Part shown: positions 54,625-64,000 of the stretch, one piece after another
How the letters are laid out: the number at the start of each line of letters is the position of its first letter
Position numbering within the stretch: position 1 is the stretch's first letter
DNA from: Callorhinchus milii
Lineage: Eukaryota
NCBI RefSeq assembly: GCF_018977255.1
Contig: NW_024704742.1
Coordinates: forward strand, 61,010,001 to 61,074,000
Length of the DNA: 64,000 bases
Reading direction: 5' to 3'
Notes under the pieces: generated by a model
Database searches by the model: none
Seen by the model: only the letters and a program-made list of their open reading frames with translations
Told to the model about the DNA's origin: nothing
Program-made: the position numbers and the translations under genes

Positions 54625-56415
54625 TGCGAGGAGGTCATGGACTTCTTTTCATATAAAATACACAACATCCGCCAGGCAGCCTAATCCACCTGCCTCTTGT
54701 CACCCACCACCATGCCCTCTTTGTCCCCTTCACTCTCCCCATTATCTGCTCCTACCATGAACCCATCCTACATTCCTTCCTCCCCATCTCTCCCGACTCC
54801 CTCTCACCCACTATCACCTCAATGAAACCCACCAACTGCTGCCTCGATTCCCTCCCCACCAACTTGCTGGTCACCCAGATCCCCATCCTCTGCCCACTAC
54901 TGGCTGACATCATCAACCAGTCATCAACGTCCTCCGGATCAGTCCCTGCCTCCCTCAAAACTGTTGTCATCACCCCCCTCCTCAAAGAACCTTCCCAAGA
55001 TCCCTCAAACCCCAGCCACTACCACCCTATTTCTAACCTGCCCTTCCTCGCAAAAGTCCTAGAACACGTTGTTGCCAATCAACTTCGTACACACCTCTCT
55101 TCCCACTTCCTCTTCAAACCCCTCCAATCCAGTTTCCGCCCACAGTACAGAGATTGCACTTGTGAAAGTCATAAATGACGTCCTCTCCATCTGTGACCAG
55201 GGCTCCCTCTGCCTCCTTGTCCTGATGGACCTCTCCACCGCGTTCGACACAGTCGATCACGCCATCCTCCTCCACCGCCTTTCCTCCGTCATCCACCTCA
55301 GTGGGACCGCACTCGCCAGGTTCGAGTCCTACCTCACTAACCGCCAGCAGTACATCTGCACAAATGGCTTCTCCTCCCGCTCTCACCCGGTTACCTGCGG
55401 GGTACCCCAAGGATGTATCCTTGGCCCCCTCCTCTTTCTGATCTACGTGCTCCCTCTTGGGGATGTCATCCGCAGACATGGGGTACACTTCCACATGTAC
55501 GCAGACAACACCCAAATCTATTTTTCCAATTCTATTTGTGACCCCCAGTCCCTGATATTCTGTTAGCCTGCCTGTCAGACCTCAGGGGCTGGATGAGTGC
55601 AAATTTCCTTCAGCTGAATATTGACAAGACAGAAGACATACTCTTTGACTCTTGTTAATGTCTAAAATCTCCCGGTTCTTACCTCCTCCACCTACCCGAC
55701 CTCCCCCTAAAACTCTCCAAACCCATACTCATCCTAGGTGTCAGGTTTGACCCAAGTTATCCTTCCTCCCCCACTTCAGGTCCCTCACCAGCACTGCTTT
55801 CTTCCACCTCCGACGCATCGCCCATCTCCGCCAATACCTCTCTCCAAGCCGCTGAAACCCTGGTCCATGCCTTTGTCACCTCTCGGCTGGACTATTCTAA
55901 CGCCCTCCACTACCATCCATAAAATCCAGATTATTCAAAACTCTGCAGCCTGTATTCTCACCCGCACAAAACTCCGCTCCCCGATCACTCCAGTCCTTGC
56001 CAGACTGCACTGGCTGCCTGTCCCAGAGAGGATCGATTTCAAGATCCTCACCCTTGTCCTCAAATCCCTATACTCCTCTGCACCCCCCTCTGACCTACTC
56101 TCTCCTCAAAACAGTGCCCGTTGCCTTTGTTCCTCTGGGTCTGGCCTCCTCCTTGTCCCCCAAGTCCTCCGCTCCACCCTTGGTGATCGTACCTTCAGCC
56201 ACTATGCCCCGAGGCTCTGGAACTACCTTCCTCACTCCCTTCGCCTCATCCCCTCTCTTCCTATTTTGAGGTCTCTGCTGAAGACCTTTATTTTCAAACT
56301 TTGGTCACTTTCCTCCCCCTCCCCCTAGCTCGGCCCCGGGATCTGTTACTGTGAAGCGCTCTGAGACGCCGTCCGGCGTAGAGGGCGCTATATAAATCCA
56401 AGTTGTTGTTGTTGT
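54625..56415 (+). mobile_element. L2 LINE, 5'-truncated, degraded
   Basis: MKPTNCCLDSLPT, DLSTAFDTVDH, GVPQGCILGPLLF, HMYADNTQIY; tail with (TTG)n. Confidence 0.93.
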
Positions 56416-56612
56416 AGTTTTCTTCTTAAATCCTTATTTGACCAATCTGGTCTTTAGTATATGAAGGACAGAATTATGAAGGAGTATGGGGATAAGGCAG
56501 GGCAGTGGGATTGAAGGAACCCCTTGCTCTGAGAGCTGGTCCAGACTCTATGGGCTGAATGATTTCTGTCTATGTTGTAAATTTCTATGATTCTATGCCG
56601 TAAATTTCTATT

Positions 56613-57139
56613 TCCAAACCAAGCTGAGACTTCCATGCATCTGACCTATACATGCCTGGCAATGGGATGTTGGAATTGAGCTAGCCCTCTATGGTGGTCT
56701 CAGTTTCTGAGCCAGGCAGGTCCGCAGTATTACAGGGCACTTCTGATGGCAGCACGGACAGTCTGGCTCATCGGCAAGACCTGGAAGGGCAGACCAGTCA
56801 CTGAGGGTAGGGAGTCATCCCACTCAGCTCCTGTTAATCCTGCAAACCAAAGCCCTAAGGGGCCGGCTGGTCCTAGCTGGACAAGCAGTGGGAAAGCTTG
56901 CCAGATAGCAATATCAATGGCAAGCTATGTGGTTTTAGCTGGTTAGACTCCAGCAATATCCCAACGCACACTCTGGGGTCCCTGAGCCTTGGCTCTTGCC
57001 AACCTGTGCCTAATACTTTCCTGAAGTAGGTAAGCAGGATGCATCCGTCCAAACTGAGAGTGCACATTCCATTCCAACAATCTATCTCTGGGATTTCCAT
57101 GTGTAGGTGGGATGCATGGAAATCTCAGCTTGGTTTGGA
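56613..57139. mobile_element. ~530-bp non-autonomous TIR element (MITE-like)
   Basis: ~42-bp inverted termini tccaaaccaagctgaga(c/t)ttccatgcatc..accta.acatg; related copies at about 7350-7550, 18450-18780, 52765-53010 and 61123-61170. Confidence 0.75.
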
Positions 57140-57442
57140 TACTCTTAAGCTTGATGACAGATTTCCACATGTGTCAGACACCCGGCTGACCCCCCAAAAA
57201 CCTACAAAGGTGATTGGATGAACCAGTTTGTGAATATGATTGGACAATCTAACTGTGAACTCTAATTGGTTAAGACAGCATCAGGCTCCAGATTTACACA
57301 CAGTTGCCCTTTGGGCAAACTTTCGGGTATAAAAATGTGCGTTTAACCAAACTTCTGGGAGAGATGCCTGAAGAAGATCTGGTTAAAGCATGCCACATTC
57401 TCCCAGAGAAGGTAATTGATCACTATCATAATCTCTGAGTTT

Positions 57443-57883
57443 GAATTCAAGATGCTCATCCTCACCTACAAGGCCATTCACAGCCTCGCTCCCTCCTACC
57501 TCTCTGACCTACTATCCCCCTACCTACCTGCCCGTACCCTCCGTTCCTCTGGCTCCGGTCTGCTCCACATCCCCCGCCCCAACCGCCCTACCATCGGTGG
57601 CCGGGCCTTCAGCCTTTCAGCCCCGAGGCTCTGGAACTCTATCCCCCAGTGCCTTCGCCGCTTCCTCCCTTTCCTCCTTCAAGGCCAGTCTCAAGACCTC
57701 TCTCTTTAACCGTGCCTTCAGCTCCCCTCTCGACTCTCTACCCCATCCTCGCTCCCTCCCTTCCCTCCCCTCACCCTGACCATCTCCCCCCTGCTCGGGT
57801 CCTGACCCAACTGTCCAGCACCTTGGGACGTCCTCCCGACGTGAAAGGCGCTCTATAAATGGAATCTTGTTGTTGTTGTTGTT
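57443..57883 (+). mobile_element. L2 3' fragment
   Basis: EFKMLILTYKAIHSLAPSYLSDLL; nearly identical to the reverse complement of 26829-27263. Confidence 0.92.
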
Positions 57884-59174
57884 ACCACTATATTTGCTAT
57901 CTTAATATAAAGTTGTTGTTATTAATTTTGACTGTACTTTGATTGAGCTTTTACTATTATTGTTGATGAATAAAGGAAGATAATTTGATTGAAACCATAA
58001 CTGGTGTGGTTATTGTCTCACAAGGAATCCTACATTATAGAGAGTAATTAAATTATTCAATATGTAGGCAGACAAAACACTTTGCAAATAGCACTGATCT
58101 GTTACATTTGATCTTCAAATGTGTTTTGTTGCGCTTTACAGGCATTTGTAATTCATTTACATGGTAGGTGAATTAGAAAACTACCAATTTATTCACTACA
58201 AAATGAGTTTCATTGTGGCTGAACAATGAGAAGGCCTCACAATATTTGTGTTTGTTGTAATTTACTACATTTGAAAGACTATATTAAACAATGTGAAGTC
58301 TAAAAGATCGGTTTATATTAACTTTTGATAATGAAAACATAGTAATATATGGCTTGTCAGTACCTGATACAGAGGTGCAGCTAGCAACATGTCTGGTTTA
58401 TAAGCAGATTGACTTTAGAACAATAATCACAACAGATTTATTACTGTATTACGGAAAAAGACAATAGCTCATCATAAGCAGGAATCATTCCATGACTATC
58501 TTGTGTTTGAGGATGACATTTTCATCATCCAGCTCTTCTTCCAAACCATCTATCCTATTGATTCTTATATGTAAACTTTAATTTTCTTTGAGAGCTGACT
58601 ACTACAGTCTCCTAATATCAAAACCCAACCCTAGCTTCCAAGTCTTAACAGTGGTGGTGAAGATGAAGCCGGAACACAAGTTGGCCTGATGATGGATGTG
58701 ATTGAATGGAGATAAATTCAGAATTCTGTGGTAAATTGATACAGAAGAAAAAAATGGGACAGATCCAGGAGTAGAGATCGCGATAAGGACTGAACCCGGG
58801 ACAGAGGAGACAGAGACCGGGGCAGAGAGAGGGACCAGGACAGAGGAACGGAACAAGAATGCAGGGAGAGAAGCAGAAGGAAAGAGCCCTAGAAAGACAA
58901 AAAACAGAGGGAGAGAAACATTGTGAAAAGCCATCGGCAGAGGGAGAGAAAGAATGTAAAAAAGAGGGGGAGAGAAAGAGATGTCGACACCAGTGAGTGA
59001 AACCGTTGAAAGCAATGGCTGAGCTGAGCTCTGAAGATGCCCTTCAGACATTTCTTGTCAAAGAAAAATGAAATATTCTATGAATGTAATAATCTTCGAG
59101 GGATTTCAAAGATTTCATTGCGTGGAATTTTGAACAACACTGGAAATAATATAAATATTACAATATTTCAAATT

Positions 59175-60030
59175 TCCTACAGTTGAACGTGAACAAGACT
59201 GAGGCCCTCCTGATTGGCTCGCGCCAGCGGCTCTGCACCTCAGACTCTGGTAGCATCAACCTCCATGGTTGCACACTTCAACTCACCAGCCAGTCAGGAA
59301 CCTGGGTGTCTTGTTCGACCTCAACTGTCTTTTCATCCCCACAGCCAAGCCATGACCTGCTCTGCCTTCCCTCACCTCAGTAACACCACCTGACTCCGCC
59401 ACTACCTCATCCCTCAGGCCACTGAAACTCTTGTTCATGCCTTCATCACCTTCATGCTCGACTATGCAAATGCCCTGCTTGTCGGCCTTCCCAACTCCTC
59501 CCTCCACAGACTGCAGATAATCCAGAACTCTGCAGTCCGTGTCCTCTCCCGCACCAAACTCTGTGACCCCATCGCCCCCACTCTCGCCCGACTTTATTGG
59601 CTCCCTATCCTTCAGGGAATCATGTTCAAGATCCTGGTCCTCACATACAAAGTCCTCCATGGCCTCGCCCCACCCTACCTCTACGACCTCCTAAGCCCCT
59701 AGCAACCCGGCCGCTCCCTCCGCTCAGCTGGCTCCGGCCTGCTCCACTTTCCCCGACCCACCCGCCCCACCATTGGCGGGAGAGTCTTCAGCCACTCTAC
59801 CCCCAACCTCTGGAATTCCATCCCCCAATCACTCTGCCTCGCCCCCTCCTTAGCCTCCTTCAAGTCCAACCTCAAAACCCTCCTCCTCGACCATGCCATC
59901 GGTCACCCCCCTTCCCCTCCTCTCCCTTCTCCCCCCCCTGACCCCAGCTCGGGTCTAAAACGCTGTACACTGTCCAGCGTCTTGGGAAGTCCTCCTCAAC
60001 AGAACGTCGCTATACAAATGTTGTTGTTGT
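59175..60030 (+). mobile_element. L2 3' fragment
   Basis: [16 protein letters not shown] and LDYANALLVGLP; L2 tail. Confidence 0.9.
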
Positions 60031-60204
60031 AATTAATGTGGCCACTCAATCCACGACTGTTTGTGGGACATTGCTATTTGCAATTAGCTGCCATGTTTCT
60101 CCCACAAAAAGCACTCACTAAACTTTACATAATATTCTATGAAGCGCTTTGAGATGTCTTGACGACATGATAAGGCACGATATCAATTGCAAGAATTATT
60201 ATTA

Positions 60205-60710
60205 CAACAGCAACAACAACAAGATTCCATTTATAGAGCGCCTTTCACGTCGGGAGGACGTCCCAAGGTGCTGTACAGTTTGGTCAGGACCCGAGCAGGG
60301 GGGAAATGGTCAGGGTGAGGGGAAGGGAGGGAGCGAGGAGGGGGTAGAGAGTCGAGAGGGGAGCTGAAGGCACGGTCAAAGAGAAGGAACAGAGGGAGGT
60401 TGTTGGAGGGTCAAGTGGGGATAGAAGGCGAGAGGGAAGGAGAGAGAGGAGGACAGAGCGGGAGAGATGCAGAAGGGGGAGGGTTTTGGAGTAGAGAGGA
60501 GGGAGGAGGGAGGGGGTGAGGGTCATAGTGGCAGCCAAAGTGCGCACGCGGCGACTGGGAGCGAGCGGTCAGGTGGATGGAAACATTATCCCATAGGCTG
60601 GGGCTGGGGCAGCCAACCCAACAGGACCATGGTGGGCTCTGATGTGAGCCCTGGGGGAGGGGGGGGGCGCAAAGTTTGTTTTTTTTCTTGCGCGCGCACA
60701 CTTCTGAAAA
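60205..60710 (-). mobile_element. Bipartite (internally deleted) L2: 5' region fused to 3' tail
   Basis: 60385-60470 aligns to the L2 ORF2 N-terminus at 50570-50655. 60205-60385 matches the L2 3' tails at 26829-27005 and 57700-57883. Confidence 0.75.
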
Positions 60711-62172
60711 CTAAACTATGATATCTTTATTGAATTCTGCGGAAATACTACTTTAGTGAGCAAGTGAAAATTGTATAAAATAGGTTCCCAAGGGAGATGA
60801 TGGAAGCAGAAAGTGTTAATTCTTTGAAGACCAAATTAGATAGATTTCTGTTAGAAAATAATATCTTAGGATACAATATATAGTTTGGGACATGACATCT
60901 GATTGTGACAGCCAGGAAGGAGAACTGGATTAATCTTGGTCTTCATTCACCAGCAAATTCTTATGGTCTTATTGTAATCAATCTAGGGAGACTTCAGAAC
61001 AGCAAATTATTGCTGTTGGCAGATTTAACCCTGGTTAATTCTTTCCTAAAGAAATGCACAGATTTGCTTTTTGGTCAACCAGGTGTCTGACACGTGCGGA
61101 AACCCAGCACCATGCTTTGGGGTATCCAAACCAAACTGAGAGTTTAACTCCTCCCACTTACATATGGAAAACAAATGCACAGAAGATAGGGAAACTTCAT
61201 TCTAATAAACAGTGCTACACAAAGAGCATTCTTACACTGTTTGTTTACATGCTTTCCCCTGCTTTTCCAAAATGGTTCTCCATGTTTTCTTTAAAAGTGT
61301 TTTTGTTTGTTTGCGTCTTCTTTTTATTAAGATTTCTTCATTGAAATGCACCAGCAAAAATCACTTTTACCTATTGTTCTGAGAAAAATTATTCCAAAAA
61401 TGATTTTTTTTCCGGAGCGTAAACTTGAATAATTAATGATCATCACTGTCTGTGTTTCTACATATCCTGCCACAAACTGAGGTCATGTAAGCTCCAATGT
61501 GAGACACATTAATCAGCTTATGTTTGTCATGAGATCAGTCTGCTATAAGTTGTGGAATTCTGTGGTAGCCATTATTATGCAGTCATTAAAGCATAGAAAA
61601 TCTTATCTGCACAAACACGAAGGCGTATAAAAGCTTATTTGCATGAACAATTTTAATGGATACATAAAATCTATCATGTAGTGTAATGTTTGAATATTAA
61701 ATATTTAATACATTTGGAGTTATTATTTTTGTACAGAGGAATGTTAGGAATTCCCTACTAAAAATAATAGTTAAACCAAAATCCATAATGGCTTTTGAAA
61801 GGGAATTTGGAGACATCCGGAAAGAAAAAAAACGAAAGGGGACAAGACAGGTGGATGGGACTAAACAGATAACTCTTACAGCACTATGGTCTGAATGCCT
61901 CTCTTCTATACCTAAACATTGTGTTTCTATTTTCAGATGTCTTTCACATAAACTACATTGAACCAACGAGGAATAAAGAAGATAAAGAGCCATGCAATCC
62001 TGAGTTACGAATTGTTAGGGGAAATAAATGTTTGACCCAAAAGTGAAAAATAAGCTTCTCAAAGGCTATTTTAGCAATGGAGGATGTGTGAGAATTTTAC
62101 TGGAGGTCGAAGGAGATAGTGAAGCCTTAGATGTGGATAAATGAGAAAAGACTAGGTGTGGGGGTTTTAAGG

Positions 62173-62492
62173 CAGAGGCGTGGCTACAGGTGGGGCTGGG
62201 TGGGCCATGGCCCACTCAATTAGCACCCAAACTTACTCTCCACGCTGGCTCATCACTTCCCGTTCCAGCTTCAGCACAGTTAGTGACAGGAAGAGTGCCA
62301 GAGCAGGAGGTGTGATACAATGGCATTGTTAGGAATGGAAATTTGGTCATTGCCTGTCTGGTCTGAAACTCTGACTGTCCAGCGCCTTGGAACGTCCTCC
62401 TGATGTGAAAGGCGCTATTCAAATGCAATTTTGTTGTTGTTGTCTACCGTAATTGGCGCTCACCCAAATTTCCATTTCTAGTTACACCATTG
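62173..62492. mobile_element. hAT-like MITE with an L2 tail inserted
   Basis: Imperfect TIRs cagaggcgtggctac / ctagttacaccattg; 8-bp flanks ttttaagg / gtttaagg (7/8 identical). Confidence 0.6.
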
Positions 62493-64000
62493 GTTTAAGG
62501 TAAGTGAAGTAGCATCTGGTGATTGGAAAGAAGAGAGATTTGAAGAAACTATGCGTTCGATAAATTGAAACACACAAGATTGTCATTCCTTATCAAAGGG
62601 TTCAAAGGAGATTAATCTGAATCACCAGGTGCGAGTGCAATGAGACTGTTTTCATGTTGCTTCATTCATTTGTTTTGTACCAATACCAATATCCAAATAA
62701 TTTGAGAAATATATCAAGCAACATTGCTTGATATAACACTAAAGGAACCTGAATGGTATTATAAACATGGTTTGGTTATGGACTTACAGGTATGGATTTC
62801 AGTTTGGGAGGTAGGATGCCCAACATGCACTGTTTATTACAAAATGCAAAATGTTAAAACAGCATTAAAAATGTTAAACAATGTTAAAATTGTTAAAAGC
62901 CAAAAACAAAATATTAATTGTTAAAAACCAAGAGCCACATCAGAATCCCTACTGATTTAATTGTAATTTCTCTTGTTGGCTGTTAGTTAAATTTGCAGTG
63001 AAGTTATCAGCAATGGGCAAAGTTATCATAAATTCTACAATTTCAACAATGCATTAATAAACAAACCACAACATCACAATTTTAATGAAATAGCTTAATA
63101 TACTTGTTGTGGTTTTAATTAATGGCATGAAGATATCACTAAATACTAATCCCAATAGTTGAATATAATGTGTACTTGTGATATCAGTATAATTATAAAT
63201 TTTAAACTCCATAGAAGCCACTTTAAAATGACTCATTTTTAAAATGTAGTCGGTGTATACTTTCTAATTTAACAAAATCTATTACCAGGCAACTGAGTGG
63301 TGTATGATACAAATTTAAATAGCACCTTTCATTCTGGGAGGATATCCCAAGACATTGTCCAGTCCAAGGTTTGCAACCAAGATGGGGGTGAGAGGTGGGG
63401 TTGAGGGGTTGGGGGCTGAGGGGCGCGAAGGGGGGAAAGATGTCCAAAGGTGCCATCAAAGGCGAAGGTCTCAAAGTGGACCTTGAAGAGGCAAAAGGGA
63501 AAGGGTGAGTCAATGGGACTCCGGGATGGAGAGTGGGAGCAGGAACACTGAAAGCCTGACCACCACTGGTGGAGTTGGTGAGGCAGGTGGGGAGGTAAAG
63601 TAGGCTGGTGCCCACTGAGCAGAGGGAACAGCCAAGTGGTAGGGTTTGAGGAGTTCTCAATAATATTTTTTGCATTTGATATAGTGCTTATAATAGTGAA
63701 ATAGTAATACTTACAATATGTCAGAGTTTTCTGTAAAGTGTAGTGACTGTGTATTTGAAGACGAATGCAGCAGCTAATTTGCATACAGCGATGTCCCTAA
63801 AACAGCCATGAACTGAGCGACCAATTTTACTGGGTGATTGTTGACCAGGATATTGGGAAAAACTCTCTGTTCCTTTCAAATACCATTGCAGGATCTTTAA
63901 CATCTACCTGAACATATAGAAGCGATCTCAGCTGAACATCTCATCTGAAGGATGATACCTCTGGCAATGCAGAGCTCCCCTGATCATGGCAACCTAGACT

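Noticed and set aside
58487..58556. Minus-strand peptide IDGLEEELDDENVILKHKIVME* after an AG
   Set aside because: Too short, unrecognised, and with no partner exons.
58602..59051. 149-aa hydrophobic minus-strand ORF
   Set aside because: It is the antisense reading of a purine-rich tract, which yields F/L/S/P-rich ORFs by composition.
1..64000. Recurring palindromic tail motif resembling CRISPR-like repeats
   Set aside because: Dispersed, irregularly spaced, on both strands, and attached to LINE/SINE ends; there is no array and no cas genes.
43330..64000. GPM6A coding exons expected from human synteny
   Set aside because: I found no MEENMEEGQTQKG- or GCFECCIKCL-like peptide in the window.

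Overview
Vertebrate genomic DNA, not prokaryotic. The repeat mix (dominant L2 LINEs, CR1, Deu-domain and tRNA-Ala-headed SINEs) suggests a cartilaginous fish, possibly a holocephalan; this is an inference. The only host protein-coding sequence I can support is the 5' part of WDR17 on the minus strand: five coding exons at 7743-7865, 6470-6653, 5319-5549, 4470-4721 and 1391-1513. All have GT-AG junctions with consistent phases, totalling 913 nt (about 304 aa), and the gene continues past the left edge. The rest is intronic/intergenic DNA rich in decayed transposable elements. There are two promoter candidates: an RFX X-box cluster at about 21.5-22.1 kb, and a CpG/CCAAT/GC-box island at about 43.1-43.4 kb followed by a perfect 16-bp hairpin. 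The most interesting structures are invisible in the ORF track. They include an internally deleted mariner with intact TIRs and TA duplication (26777-27967), a bipartite L2 joining its 5' region directly to its 3' tail (60205-60710), two L2 tails with the same 5' breakpoint, a SINE pair sharing a 35-nt 5' extension, a 117-bp inverted duplication, and a ~530-bp TIR element family. I see no convincing evidence of a novel multi-gene system. Almost all ORFs in the track are TE remnants or chance ORFs. Repeat boundaries are approximate unless stated otherwise.
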